64,000 nucleotides of DNA from Vicinamibacterales bacterium (GCA_937766455.1 CALLXD010000005.1:6364-70363); one strand, 5' to 3'. Counted from the stretch's first letter, positions 28,052 to 39,374 are shown. Translations and numbers: made by a program. Notes: a model not told the origin generated them from the sequence alone.

Positions 28052-30473
28052 CTACTGCACCCCCGAGCCCCCAGTCGGTTTCAGGTAAGCGTTCGCCCAA
28101 TTCAGCATTTCGGCCACGGTATGCAGCACCGATTCGCGCGCGGCGTAGCCATGCGACTCGTGGGGCAGCGTCACGTAGCGGACCGTGGCTCCATGGCCCT
28201 TGAGGGCCATATACATGCGTGCTGATTGAATCGGAAAGGTGCCCGAGTTGTTGTCAGCTTCGCCGTGGGTCAACAGGATCGGTTCGTTGATTTTGTCGGC
28301 ATGAAAGAACGGTGACATAGCCGCGTAGATGTCGGTGGCTTCCCAGAAGGTGCGGCGCTCGTTCTGAAACCCGAACGGCGTGAGCGACCGGTTGTAGGCG
28401 CCGCTGCGGGCGATGCCCATCTGGAACAGGTCCGAGTGCGCGAGCAGGTTGGCCGTCATGAACGCGCCGTAACTGTGCCCCCCCACGCCGATGGTGTCGC
28501 GGTCGGTGACGCCCATGTCTACGACCGCGTTGACCGCCGCTTCGGCATTGGCCACCAGCTGCTCGAGATAGGTGTCGTTGGCCGTATCACCAGCGCCGAT
28601 GACCGGCATCGACGGGCCGTCGAACACCGCGTACCCCTGTGTGAGTAGCAGCAGATGCGAGGCCCCCCGAATGGCGGTGAATCGGTGCTCTGATCCGCTG
28701 ATCTGCCCCGCCAGCGTGGGGTCGACGAACTCGCGCGGATAGGCCCACATGATCAGCGGGACGCGTTGTCCCTCCTGATGACCCGGGGGCAGATAAAGGG
28801 TGCCGGAGAGCTGCACGCCGTCGGCGCGTGCGTAGGTGACCAGCTGCTTGCTGATACCGGAGAGCTGGGGGGCCGGGTCCTCGACGGTGGTGATCGCCGT
28901 GAGGTCGCCGTTGGCCAGGTCTCGGACGTAGTAGTTCGGGGGTTCGGTGCGACTCTCGCGGCGCGTCAGTACCGACGTGGCGTCCACCGAGAGCGGGGCA
29001 ACCACAGACTCGTAGGCGTCTTCCGCGCTGCGAAACAGCCGTTCCGTCTGGAGCGTCGTCAGATCGAGTCGGTCCAGGAACGGTCGGTCTCCGTCCGGCG
29101 ACGCCCCGGCCCCGGTGAGATAGATGACGTTTCCAGTCTGCCTGATGACCCGGCCCCCGGGCCGTGGTGCGGTCAGCGGTCGACCGCCATCCGCGTATCG
29201 GTCCTCGCTGCTGCGGTCCCAGAGTAGTTGTGGGTCCCGATCCGTGGAGAGCAGCCAGGTGCGTGTCCAGCGGGTAGGCCGGTCACGCTCGGTGAGGAGG
29301 GCCGCGCCAGATTCGGTCCACGTCAGACCGCCAAATCTAAATTCGGTGCGGGCCAGCTCTGCGGGCTCGCTGGTGAACGGCGCGGGTTGTGAGAGGACGC
29401 GGTCTCGATGGGCGACGGCGCGCTTGGGGTCGCCTCCATCCTGCGCCTCGACCCACGTCAATGTGTGCGGTTCGGTCAGGTTCCAGCTGTAGGCGCGAGG
29501 CCCCGTCGGCACACCACCAATCGGGACCGCGTCGGCCAGAGGAAGCCGCGCCACCTGTGCGACCACTTCACCGCTCCTGTTACGGATCGTGACGTCCTTC
29601 GGGAAGCTGCGCGCCGTGACCAGCCAGGAGAACGGCCGCTCGACCTCGGTCGTCAGGACGTATTCGCCACTCGGCGAAGCGCTGACTTGTGCGTAGAGCC
29701 CGGGTTGGCCGATTGCACTCCGGCGGCCCGTCGCCAGTTCGATAGTGCCGACCTGGGTGGTGAAGAAGTACTCGAAGAGCGCTTCTTCGTGTGCGTTGGT
29801 CAGCAGATTCTGATAGGTCCGGATCGGTGCGGCCCCGCCGCCGTGTGATTGCACATTGGGTTGCCCGGGCACGTCGGGCGCGGGAGGGGGGCGCGCCGCG
29901 GGCCGACGCTTTGAATCGGCAAATGACCGTGGCGTTGTCATCGAGCCAATTGCACGGGTTGCCCCAGGCCGCATTGATCGAGGTGTCGCTGAGCGGTCGC
30001 GCCTGGCCCGTCGACACCTCCATGGTCCAGGCTTCGATCCCGTTGTAGCGCGTGAGCAGGAACAGCAGCCGCGAGCCGTCGGGTGAAAACGTGGGCGGGC
30101 CGAGCGAGGTCTCGCGGGGCGCGTCGAACGCATGCTCTGTGCCGTCGCTGATGCGCCGGATCGTGATCCGACTCAATCCGGCCGTCCTGTGTGGGCCGTT
30201 TGTCCGCGGGTTAATTCGATAGCCCGCGAGTCGCAACATTGGCTGCGCCAGCTCGCTCAAGGCCGGCATGCTCGGCCGAGACAGGATGGCAATGGTGTCA
30301 CCGGTGGGGCTGACCACCGCAGGAAGAATCGGCGGTGCGTCCAGGATGTCTACGATCGCCTGCGGCGGTTCCAGATACCCCGTGTCAGGTTGTGCGAGGG
30401 CCCCTGGCCCATGGATGAGGAGGGCGAAGACCGCGGCGCACGGGACAAGACAGACCTGCGGGACGTCACGCAT
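28052..30473 (-). CDS. S9 prolyl-oligopeptidase-family serine peptidase; apparent +1 frameshift in G6 run 29886-29891
   Basis: Signal peptide, GYLEPPQAIVDILDAPP, LRLAGYRINP; WAYPREF, GGHSYG, HGEADNNSGT, HESHGY. Confidence 0.9.
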
Positions 30474-30485
30474 GATTCGATATTC

Positions 30486-32078
30486 CTACTCGCGCCGCCC
30501 ACCCTCGGTGGCAGGTTGCGGTAACGGTTTCCGAGGCAAGAGCCCCTCGCGGTTGGCGGCGTGATAGACGAACGAGGCGACGATGACGGCGTTGTGCATC
30601 AGGTCCGTCGGTTGGACCCGCTCGTAGAGGTCCAGGTTTGTATGGTGGGTGCGCGTGCGGTATTCCACCGGGTCTTGAATGAACTGGAATCCAGGTAACC
30701 CGAGCGCGTCAAAGGCCAGATGATCGGTGCCACCCGCGTTCCGGATGCTCAGCGTGGTCATCCCAAGGCTGGCGAGCGGCTCCATCCAGGCCTCGAACAC
30801 CGGGGCAATCGCCTCGTTCCCTTGCAAATAGACCCCGCGGATCAGTCCGGTGCCGTTGTCCATATTGAAGTAGCCGGAGAGACGGTCGTGCTCCGGGGTC
30901 AGCTCCATGGTTCGGGCATTGCCGAAGTGGGTAGCGACATACGCCCGCGAACCGAGAAGACCATTTTCTTCGCCGGTCCACAACGCGACCCGGACGGTGC
31001 GCCGCATCGGGAGACCGGTGGCCTTGAGAATACGCATCGCTTCCATCATCACAGCGGAGCCGGCGGCGTTATCGGTGGCGCCGGTCCCGGTGTGCCAGGA
31101 ATCGAAGTGCGCCCCGAGCATGACGACCTCGTCGGCCTTGTCGGTTCCCGGGATTTCCGCGATGAGATTGAACGCGTCCAGCGTCTCGGTATGAAAGGTA
31201 TTGCGAACCTGTAGCTCCAGCGTCACCGGGAGGTCCTTGTCGAGCGTTCGGGCGATGCGGCCATAGTGTTCGGTCAGCAGCACGATCTGGGGTGCCACAC
31301 GTGGCGCATCGGGGTTTCGCGAGCCGCCGCCCTGCACCCAGACGGCGCCGGTCTCACCGCCCCGTGTGGCCGGGTTCGGTCCCGGCTCAAGCAGGGCCGC
31401 GACGCCCTCCTCGAGAAAGAACGCCATCCGCCGCTGCGGAAACTCGCGGTCACCTCTGCGCCGTCGCCCGGTGCGCCGTCTCGCGCGCGTCGGCTGCGTG
31501 GTGAGCCTGGCGAGTTCGTCGTCCGTGTAGCGGCGTGCCGGGGCATCGAACAATGCCGGAGCGTCGGGCACCACGGCAGTGAGCACGAACTTGCCAGCCA
31601 GTTGGCCCCGATACCGGTCGAAGTCGGCATCAGTCTCGATGGTCACACGCACCGCTTCTCCGATCACCGTGCCGTCGGTCCCGGGTGTCCAGGCTTTCGC
31701 ATAGCCGACCAGCGGGTATGCCTGCGGCTCGAGCGCGTGGGCGTAGAACCGGTCGTTGGTCCAGCCCTGCCCGAACTCGCCCCACACCTCCTGCGTGATG
31801 TTGGGGAGTCCCCAGTCGCGCAGCTGTCCGCTGGCGTAGTCGGCCGCGCGTTGGAGGTTCGGCGAACCCGTGAGACGTGGTCCATGCACGTCTGTGAGCC
31901 AGCTCATCACGTCCATGATCTGCGAGCGATTCAACCCTTCTCGTTTGATCACATAGAGGGCGTCGAGGTCGACCGGCTCGTGGGCCTGGGCGTGCACTGC
32001 CGGCGGCGTCACCAGCACCACGAGGACGGTAAGGGCGACGAGCAGCAGGACGTGTCTGTGGACACGAGAGTGGGACAC
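30486..32078 (-). CDS. M28-family (carboxypeptidase Q-like) exported metallopeptidase
   Basis: LTDVHGPRLTGS, GAHFDSWH, GATDNAAG, GEENGLLGS, HHTNLD. Confidence 0.9.
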   Translation of the reverse strand: MSHSRVHRHVLLLVALTVLVVLVTPPAVHAQAHEPVDLDALYVIKREGLNRSQIMDVMSWLTDVHGPRLTGSPNLQRAADYASGQLRDWGLPNITQEVWGEFGQGWTNDRFYAHALEPQAYPLVGYAKAWTPGTDGTVIGEAVRVTIETDADFDRYRGQLAGKFVLTAVVPDAPALFDAPARRYTDDELARLTTQPTRARRRTGRRRRGDREFPQRRMAFFLEEGVAALLEPGPNPATRGGETGAVWVQGGGSRNPDAPRVAPQIVLLTEHYGRIARTLDKDLPVTLELQVRNTFHTETLDAFNLIAEIPGTDKADEVVMLGAHFDSWHTGTGATDNAAGSAVMMEAMRILKATGLPMRRTVRVALWTGEENGLLGSRAYVATHFGNARTMELTPEHDRLSGYFNMDNGTGLIRGVYLQGNEAIAPVFEAWMEPLASLGMTTLSIRNAGGTDHLAFDALGLPGFQFIQDPVEYRTRTHHTNLDLYERVQPTDLMHNAVIVASFVYHAANREGLLPRKPLPQPATEGGRRE

Positions 32079-32304
32079 GCGGCCTCCCTTTCGTTGGCGG
32101 TTGAGCCGGTCCGGGCGCCGGCTCCGGCGCGGCCTGTTGCCGGTCTGCCAGGACCGGCGACGCCACTGGCAGCCTACTCTATCCCCGTTGCCTGGGCGCC
32201 GCCAATCGCGGGGCCTGGGTCCTGATGTGCGAGTGGGTATAATCGCAGACTGCGAGGACAGCGACGTGTCCTCGACCTTTTACGAGGGTCTGGAACGCCA
32301 CCAC

Positions 32305-32814
32305 ATGAGCACGGTCACGAGTGTGTTATTCGTCTGCGCCGGCAACATCTGCCGGAGTCCCATGGCGAAGGCCCTGTTCCGCCACCTGGCGACGTCCGAA
32401 TCGAAGCTGGCGAACATCTCGGTGGGGTCGGCTGGCACCATCGCGATGAACGGCAACCTGCCCAACGCGGACTCGGTTGAAGCGCTGCAGCGTGGGTGTG
32501 GCCTCCAGATGGTCACCCACCGCGCGCGCCGGCTGTCCCGGCATGTCACCGCTGATCTGGTGCTCACGATGGACCGGGAGACCGCGCGCGATGCGAAAGC
32601 GATGTGCCCGGGCAACCGCATCGAGATGCTCGGCGACTACGCGGGTACCGCCGAGGAGGTGGCGGACCCTTACGGTGGGTCTCGCCGACGCCACCGCGAC
32701 ACCCTGGCACAGATCGAGCGCCTCGTCCCGCTTGCCGTCGCCCGGCTGGTCGACGACGCGGTGTCCGCCCCCCCGAAGTTCGTCCGGCACCGCGAGCTGC
32801 CCCCCACACCCTGA
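32305..32814 (+). CDS. Low-molecular-weight protein-tyrosine phosphatase family protein
   Basis: VCAGNICRSPMA P-loop; VADPYGG. Confidence 0.9.
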   Translation: MSTVTSVLFVCAGNICRSPMAKALFRHLATSESKLANISVGSAGTIAMNGNLPNADSVEALQRGCGLQMVTHRARRLSRHVTADLVLTMDRETARDAKAMCPGNRIEMLGDYAGTAEEVADPYGGSRRRHRDTLAQIERLVPLAVARLVDDAVSAPPKFVRHRELPPTP

Positions 32815-32821
32815 CGCCCCG

Positions 32822-33988
32822 ATGTTTTCGGTTCGGGTTCCCGGTGTTGGCTCGAATCGCGTGGCGCGCGTGCTGGCCGCCCATCGAGCGCGAGCCCGAA
32901 CGCTTGACGACCTGACGGTGTCGAATCCGACCCGGGTCGGTTTGTCGTATCCTCCGAGCCTCCTCCAGCCGCTGGCTGACCCGGCGGGGCTCCGCTACGA
33001 TCCGGCCCCGTTCGGGATGCCTGCGGCGCGTGACGCGGTGGCGTCCCACCTCTCAGACCGCGGCATCTCTGTTGCCCCTGATCGCGTCGTGCTCACTGCG
33101 AGTACGAGTGAAGCCTACTCGTTGTTATTCAAGTTGCTCTGCGACCCCCGGGACGTGGTTCTTGTCCCGCAACCAAGCTACCCGCTGTTCGAGCACCTCA
33201 CCCGGTTGGAAGGGGTGGTCGCGAGCCCGTATCTGTTGGAGTATCACGGACGCTGGGAGCTGAACGTGGAGAGCGTCGAGCGCGCGATCGAGCCGCGGGC
33301 GAGAGCTATCTTGTTCGTGAATCCCAACAACCCGACGGGGTCGTTTGTGCGACCCACCGAGTTGGAGGCGGTGCGCGAGGTCGCGGCGAAGCACGAGCTC
33401 GCCCTCATCAGTGACGAGGTCTTCGACCTGTACCCGTTCGATGACCAGGCGAGGGGGACGGCCGGGGCCCTGGTGTCGGAACCGGACGTACTCACGTTCA
33501 CGCTAGGAGGGCTGTCGAAGACGGCCCTCTTGCCGCAGCTGAAACTCGGGTGGATACTGGTCGGTGGGCCTCACACGCTCGTACATCGGGCGCTCGATCG
33601 GCTCGAATTCATCAGTGATACTTATCTGTCGGTGGCCAGCCCGGTGCAGGGCGCGGTCGGTGCGCTCCTGAAACACACACGGCCCTTGACGGCCCAGGTG
33701 TGCCGCCGGGTCAGAGCCAATATGGCGACTCTCCGCGGCCTCGTGGTGCAGTTTCCAGCTTGCCAGGTCCTCCACGCGGAAGCTGGGTGGTACGCTGTCG
33801 TGCAGGTGCCCGCGACACGTTCCGAGGAGGCGCTGGTCATCGAACTCATAGAGAAGGACGGCGTCCTGGTGCACCCCGGCTACTTCTTCGACTTTCCCCG
33901 CGAGGCGTTCCTGGTGGTGAGCCTGCTTCCGGAACCCGAACCGTTCGCGAGCGCCATGACCCGGGTGCTGTCCCGAGCTTCCGGATGA
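32822..33988 (+). CDS. PLP-dependent aminotransferase class I/II
   Basis: STSEAYS, NPNNPTG, SDEVF, GGLSK...QLKLGW, VHPGYFFD. Confidence 0.88.
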   Translation: MFSVRVPGVGSNRVARVLAAHRARARTLDDLTVSNPTRVGLSYPPSLLQPLADPAGLRYDPAPFGMPAARDAVASHLSDRGISVAPDRVVLTASTSEAYSLLFKLLCDPRDVVLVPQPSYPLFEHLTRLEGVVASPYLLEYHGRWELNVESVERAIEPRARAILFVNPNNPTGSFVRPTELEAVREVAAKHELALISDEVFDLYPFDDQARGTAGALVSEPDVLTFTLGGLSKTALLPQLKLGWILVGGPHTLVHRALDRLEFISDTYLSVASPVQGAVGALLKHTRPLTAQVCRRVRANMATLRGLVVQFPACQVLHAEAGWYAVVQVPATRSEEALVIELIEKDGVLVHPGYFFDFPREAFLVVSLLPEPEPFASAMTRVLSRASG

Positions 33989-36282
33989 ACAATCAGCCGG
34001 TGCCGGTCGTGAAGGACCTCGTCCTGATCGGCGGGGGGCACACGCATGTCAGCGTGCTGAGGCGGTTCGGGATGCGTCCGCTTGCCGGCGTCCGGCTGAC
34101 CCTGATCACCCGAGACGTGCACACGCCGTATTCCGGCATGTTGCCGGGCCTGGTTTCAGGTCACTACGACTTCGACGATGTGCATATCGACTTGGGGCCA
34201 TTGAGTCGATTCGCCGACGCGAGGCTGTTTCATCAGCCTGTGACGGGACTCGACCTGGAGCGTCAGCACGTCTTGTGCGACGGACGGCCGCCGGTGCCGT
34301 ACGACCTGTTGTCCCTGAACATCGGTTCGACACCCTCTTTCGGTGGCGTGCCGGGGGCGGCGGAGGTCGTGGTACCGGTCAAGCCGATCAGCCGGTTTGT
34401 GCCACGGTGGGAGCGGATACGGGCTCGCGTGTCAGCCTCGAAAGCGCCGATCCGTATCGGCGTGGTGGGTGCTGGCGCCGGTGGAGTCGAGTTGACGCTG
34501 GCCGTCGAGCACGCGCTCCGGCATGCCTGCCAGGCGTCAGGCGGGTCAGACGATACCGTCGAGGTGCACTTATTCGGTGCCAACCGTACCATCCTGTCCA
34601 CCCACAATCGCGGCATGCGGCGGCGACTGGAGCGGGCGCTACGCGAACGCTGCGTGCACCTCCATCTGGGGCAAAGCGTGTCCGCCGTGGCTGAAGGACA
34701 GCTCACCCTGGCCGACGGCAGCACCGTGGCGGTCGACGAAATCCTCTGGGTGACGCAGGCAGGAGCGGCCCCGTGGTTGGCCGAGTCCGGGCTCGACGTC
34801 GACGAGCACGGGTTTGTCCGCGTCGACGATACCCTCCAGTCGTGTTCGCATCCCGGGGTGTTTGCCGCCGGCGATGTGGCGGCAGTGGTCAATCATCCGC
34901 GTGAGAAGGCGGGGGTGTTCGCGGTGCGCCAGGGACCACCGCTGGCCGAGAATCTGCGACGGGCATTGCTTGGTCGACGCCTTCGGCCGTTTCGTCCCCA
35001 GAAACGATTCCTGACCCTGGTCTCGACCGGCGGTCGCCATGCCGTCGGGTCCCGCGGGTGGTGGTCGTTCGAGGGCGATCTCGTGTGGCGGTGGAAAGAT
35101 TGGATCGACCGCCGTTTCATGTCCCGCTACGCCGATTTGCCTGCCATGTCCGCTGAGGCCCCACCGGCGCTGGAGCCGGGTCTCGCCTCGTCAGAGGCGC
35201 TGCGCGAAATCTCGACGGCCGCCATGCGCTGCGGCGGCTGTGGGTCGAAAGTGGGAGCGACCCCGCTCACCCGCGTGCTCGAACAGCTGGCACCGATACG
35301 GCGAGATGACGTACTCATCGGGCTCGATGCGCCAGATGACGCGGCCGTCGTCTCAGTGCCGCCGGGTAAGGTGCTGGTGCGTACGGTGGATGCGTTTCGA
35401 GCCATCGTGAATGACCCGTTTGTTTTCGGTCAGATCACGGCCAACCACTGCCTCGGCGACATCTTCGCGATGGGCGCAGAAGCCCAGACGGCACTGGCGG
35501 TGGCGACGGTGCCGTTCGGACTCGACCGGAAGGTCGAAGACACCTTGGTGCAACTGCTGTCGGGAGCAGTCCAGGTCCTCAATGACGCCGGAGCGGCGTT
35601 GGTGGGAGGACATACCAGTGAAGGCGTCGAGTTGTCGCTCGGCCTGTCGTTGACCGGGTTGGTCGACCGCGACGCGGTGCTCCGCAAGGGCGGCCTTCGA
35701 GCCGGCGACCGCCTGGTGCTGACGAAAGGGATCGGCACCGGCACGCTGTTCGCGGCTGAGATGCGCATGCGAGCCAAGGGCCGGTGGATTGACGGGGCGA
35801 TTGCAGCCATGCGGCAGTCGAGCCGCGCCGCGGCCGATGTGCTGCGCCGTCACCAGGCCAGCGCCTGCACCGATGTCACCGGGTTCGGGCTATTAGGACA
35901 TCTGGTGGAAATGACCAGAGCGTCCGGCGTGGACGTTCGACTCGATCTGCCCGCGGTGCCGGTGCTGGACGGCGCGCTCGAGACGAGTGCCGCCGGGTTT
36001 CTCAGTTCCCTCCATCCGCACAATGTGCGGCTCCGGCGCGCCGTTGCCGACATCGAGCGCGTGAGCGCCGACCCGCGGTATACGTTGCTGTACGACCCGC
36101 AGACCTCCGGTGGGCTCCTGGCCGGCGTTCCAGCAGACCGAGCGCAGGCTTGCGTCGATGACCTGCTCGCGAACGGCTATCATCAGGCCGCCATCATCGG
36201 TACCGTCGAGCCTCGACGCGAGGACGATCCCGGTACCTCACGGGAGCACGACGCTCCGATTCATATCGAAGGAGTTGCATGA
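33985..36282 (+). CDS. selD: Selenide,water dikinase SelD fused to N-terminal FAD/NAD(P)H pyridine-nucleotide-disulfide oxidoreductase
   Basis: GGGHTH, GAGAGGVE, FAAGD; then RCGGCGSKVG, DDAA, DIFAMGA, GGHT, TDVTGFGLLGH, DPQTSGGLL; ATGA overlap with aminotransferase. Confidence 0.93.
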   Translation: MNNQPVPVVKDLVLIGGGHTHVSVLRRFGMRPLAGVRLTLITRDVHTPYSGMLPGLVSGHYDFDDVHIDLGPLSRFADARLFHQPVTGLDLERQHVLCDGRPPVPYDLLSLNIGSTPSFGGVPGAAEVVVPVKPISRFVPRWERIRARVSASKAPIRIGVVGAGAGGVELTLAVEHALRHACQASGGSDDTVEVHLFGANRTILSTHNRGMRRRLERALRERCVHLHLGQSVSAVAEGQLTLADGSTVAVDEILWVTQAGAAPWLAESGLDVDEHGFVRVDDTLQSCSHPGVFAAGDVAAVVNHPREKAGVFAVRQGPPLAENLRRALLGRRLRPFRPQKRFLTLVSTGGRHAVGSRGWWSFEGDLVWRWKDWIDRRFMSRYADLPAMSAEAPPALEPGLASSEALREISTAAMRCGGCGSKVGATPLTRVLEQLAPIRRDDVLIGLDAPDDAAVVSVPPGKVLVRTVDAFRAIVNDPFVFGQITANHCLGDIFAMGAEAQTALAVATVPFGLDRKVEDTLVQLLSGAVQVLNDAGAALVGGHTSEGVELSLGLSLTGLVDRDAVLRKGGLRAGDRLVLTKGIGTGTLFAAEMRMRAKGRWIDGAIAAMRQSSRAAADVLRRHQASACTDVTGFGLLGHLVEMTRASGVDVRLDLPAVPVLDGALETSAAGFLSSLHPHNVRLRRAVADIERVSADPRYTLLYDPQTSGGLLAGVPADRAQACVDDLLANGYHQAAIIGTVEPRREDDPGTSREHDAPIHIEGVA

Positions 36283-36325
36283 TCGCCGGAGACCTCATGG
36301 GGCGGTGGGTGAGCGAGCCACGCGG

Positions 36326-37867
36326 ATGACTGACGACATCAAGGACGAGCCGTCGACCGCGCCCGAAGAAGCGGGCAACGTGCCGATTCGGGCGCCGGAG
36401 CTGGTCGGCGCCGTGGACTGGCTGAACGTCACGGCACCGCTGACACTGTCGGCGCTCCGCGGCAAGATCGTGTTGCTCGAGTTCTGGACCTACGGGTGCA
36501 TCAACTGCCTGCATCAATTGTCGGGGCTCAAGCGGCTCGCCGCGGCGCACACGGACCACCTGGTGGTCATCGGTATCCACTCGCCCAAGTTTCCCAACGA
36601 GCGAAGTACGGAAAACCTGCGCCAGATCGTCGCGCGACACGATATTACGCATCCCGTGGCGAATGATGCGGATTTTCGCATCTGGCGGGAATACACCGTC
36701 CGGGCGTGGCCCACGCTGGCGCTGATCGACCCGGCCGGATATCTGGTGGGTGGCGCGTCAGGCGAAGGGCATCTGCCGCAGTTTGAGCAGGCGATCACCG
36801 CCGTGGCGCAGGTGTTCAAGGACCGCGGGGCGCTTCGGGCTGGACCACAGGCCGAGGTGCGGCCCGAGGCGGCGGTGCCATCGGACGGGCTGGCGTTTCC
36901 GGGCAAGGTGGCGGTCGATACCGAGCGGGATCGCGTGTTCGTGGCAGACACCTGTCACGACCAGATTGTGGTCGCGACGTTGGCGGGTATCCCGATCGCG
37001 CGGATTGGCGCCGGCCATTCGGGCGCCGACGACGGGTCCTTCGCGGAGGCGTGCTTTGCACGCCCCCAGGGGATGGCGGTGCGTCCGGAAGATGGCTGTC
37101 TCCTGGTGGCTGATACCGGCAATCACCTGATTCGTGAGGTAGACGTCGACGCAGCCCGGGTGCGGACCTTGGCCGGGAACACGGACCAAGCCCGGCGCGG
37201 CGCAGCGGGGGGCGGTGCGGTGACGACATCGATCAGTTCGCCTTGGGACCTGGCGCAGATCGGTCAGCTGCTGTTCATTGCGATGGCGGGCGTGCATCAA
37301 CTGTGGGTGCTGGACGCCGAGCGGGGGTTCCTGTTTCCGTACGCCGGGTCTGGCCTCGAGGCACGTCAGGACGGGGGGCTCGACGACAGCGCGTTCGCTC
37401 AGCCGTCCGGTTTGGCCTGGCACGAGGACACGCTGTTTGTTGCCGATAGCGAGTCGAACGTGATTCGCGCCGTCGATCTGCCCCCGGTGAACAGCGTCCG
37501 TACGCTCGCCGGTGGCGACCTGTTCGAGTTTGGCGATACCGACGGTGTGGGTGATGCGGTGCGGTTGCAACATCCCCTGGCGGTCGCGTACCACGACGGC
37601 GCGCTCTATGTGTCAGACACCTACAACCACCGCATCAAACGACTGGATCTCGGGACCCGCCGAGTCACCGCCTTTGCCGGTTCCGGCAAGCCCGGGCTGC
37701 GAGACGGGCGCGGTGCGCGCGCCCGGTTCTACGAGCCCGGGGGACTGGCGGTGGCGGACGGACGCCTCCTCGTGGCCGATACGAACAACCATGCCCTGCG
37801 CGCGGTGGATCTGAACTCCGGCGTGGTCTCCACCGTCATTGGTCCACACTCCCCGCTCGTGGTGTGA
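36326..37867 (+). CDS. Thioredoxin-like + NHL-repeat protein (NHLRC2/SOQ1-like)
   Basis: EFWTYGCINC, IHSPKFPNE, RAWPT; repeated ADT.NH NHL blades. Confidence 0.9.
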   Translation: MTDDIKDEPSTAPEEAGNVPIRAPELVGAVDWLNVTAPLTLSALRGKIVLLEFWTYGCINCLHQLSGLKRLAAAHTDHLVVIGIHSPKFPNERSTENLRQIVARHDITHPVANDADFRIWREYTVRAWPTLALIDPAGYLVGGASGEGHLPQFEQAITAVAQVFKDRGALRAGPQAEVRPEAAVPSDGLAFPGKVAVDTERDRVFVADTCHDQIVVATLAGIPIARIGAGHSGADDGSFAEACFARPQGMAVRPEDGCLLVADTGNHLIREVDVDAARVRTLAGNTDQARRGAAGGGAVTTSISSPWDLAQIGQLLFIAMAGVHQLWVLDAERGFLFPYAGSGLEARQDGGLDDSAFAQPSGLAWHEDTLFVADSESNVIRAVDLPPVNSVRTLAGGDLFEFGDTDGVGDAVRLQHPLAVAYHDGALYVSDTYNHRIKRLDLGTRRVTAFAGSGKPGLRDGRGARARFYEPGGLAVADGRLLVADTNNHALRAVDLNSGVVSTVIGPHSPLVV

Positions 37868-37961
37868 CCTCTTCACACTTCTGCACAGAATCCCCAGCTG
37901 TCGCATGCCATCCGAAAATGGCGGAAGTCTTGCCTTATGAGTGTGTTACCATCATTGGCTT

Positions 37962-39260
37962 ATGCTCAATCGTCTATTTTTACCATTCTTGGTCAGTGGT
38001 CTGAGGCTGCGGCGGTGTCTCGGGGTGGTCGCCGTGGCGACTGCGGGCGTGGTCGGTTGTGGGTTTACAGAGCCACCGCTGCCAGAAGATGTCGGCGGCC
38101 CCGACGTGTACCTCATACCAGACACGCGCGTGGTCGAAGACGAGATTCCCCGGAACGCCACGTTTGCCGGTTTGTTGGCCTCGCACGATATGCCGTCCGA
38201 CGTTGCCTACGCCTTCGTCGAGTCGATGCGTCCGGTGTTCGACCCCACGGACCTGCAGCGCGGGCACTCGTATCGCATCGTCTACGGCACCGACGGTCAC
38301 TTCCGTCGTTTCGAATACCACGTCGACGACGACCAGTTTCTGCAGGTCGCAAGCGGCGCGGCGCCGTCCGTCTTCAACGCGACGCTCGTCGACTACGAGA
38401 AACGGCGTGAGCACGTTGCCATGCGTGGCGAGATCGACCGGCAGAACAACTCCCTGTTTGCCGCCATGGAGGCGGGGGGCGGCAATGCGCTAGTTGCGAT
38501 CGATATGGCGGAGGTGTTCAGCGGCGAGATCGATTTCAACACTGAATTACAACTCGGCGACAATTTCCAGGTGCTGTACGAGCAGTTCGTGCGGGAGGAC
38601 GTGCACGTCACCTACGGAGATGTGTTGGCCGCGACGTTTGAGAACGACGGCCGGCAGGTGTCCGGGTTCCGATTCGACGTGCCTGGCGAGGCCCCCGCGT
38701 ACTTCGACGCCAACGGTCGTTCGATGAAACGCCAGTTCTTGTCGTCGCCGTTCCGGTTTGAGCCACGGGTAACCTCGCGGTTCTCGTATCGCCGCCTGCA
38801 TCCAGTTCTCGGGACGCATCGGGCGCATCTGGGGGTGGACTACGGTGCGCCGACCGGCACCCCGGTGATCGCGGTGTCGAAGGGTCGGGTGGTGTCGGCC
38901 GCCTTGAGTGGTGGCTCCGGGAACATGGTACGGCTGCGCCACACCAACGGGTATGAGACCTACTATCTGCATCTCTCGCGATTCGCGAAAGGGATGCGTC
39001 GCGGCGCGTCCGTGGCCCAAGGACAGGTCATCGGTTACGTCGGTTCGACCGGCTTGGCGACGGGACCCCACCTCGACTATCGGTTGCGGAAGAACGGGAC
39101 GTTCGTCAATCCGCTGACCGAGCGTAAGAACCTGCCGCCTGGCGACCCGGTGCCGGCCGAGCATCTGGCCGCGTTCGAGCAGGTCCGCGATCGGGCGTTG
39201 GCACAGCTCAATGGAGCTCCGCCCACCCGCGACGAAGACCTGTTGGTCGCGGACGACTAG
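37962..39260 (+). CDS. M23 peptidoglycan DD-metalloendopeptidase (MepM-like)
   Basis: HLGVDYGAPTGTPV, YLHLS, GSTGLATGPHLDY. Confidence 0.92.
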   Translation: MLNRLFLPFLVSGLRLRRCLGVVAVATAGVVGCGFTEPPLPEDVGGPDVYLIPDTRVVEDEIPRNATFAGLLASHDMPSDVAYAFVESMRPVFDPTDLQRGHSYRIVYGTDGHFRRFEYHVDDDQFLQVASGAAPSVFNATLVDYEKRREHVAMRGEIDRQNNSLFAAMEAGGGNALVAIDMAEVFSGEIDFNTELQLGDNFQVLYEQFVREDVHVTYGDVLAATFENDGRQVSGFRFDVPGEAPAYFDANGRSMKRQFLSSPFRFEPRVTSRFSYRRLHPVLGTHRAHLGVDYGAPTGTPVIAVSKGRVVSAALSGGSGNMVRLRHTNGYETYYLHLSRFAKGMRRGASVAQGQVIGYVGSTGLATGPHLDYRLRKNGTFVNPLTERKNLPPGDPVPAEHLAAFEQVRDRALAQLNGAPPTRDEDLLVADD

Positions 39261-39374
39261 GCAATGCCGCTCCGCTCGCGCCGAACCTACGCGCCGCGCA
39301 CGTGATCCTCGCTGACCGCACAGGGGCCGACCCGGTCATCGAGACGGCCGCAACCCTCTGGCAGAAAGTTTCCG

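Noticed and set aside
29880-29895. Programmed frameshift or phase variation in the S9 peptidase and other split genes
   Set aside because: Runs are short, all shifts are +1 and spread across unrelated genes, which fits sequencing error better
35220-35260. Selenocysteine in SelD itself
   Set aside because: Active-site motif is encoded by TGC/TGT (CGGCGSK) with no UGA
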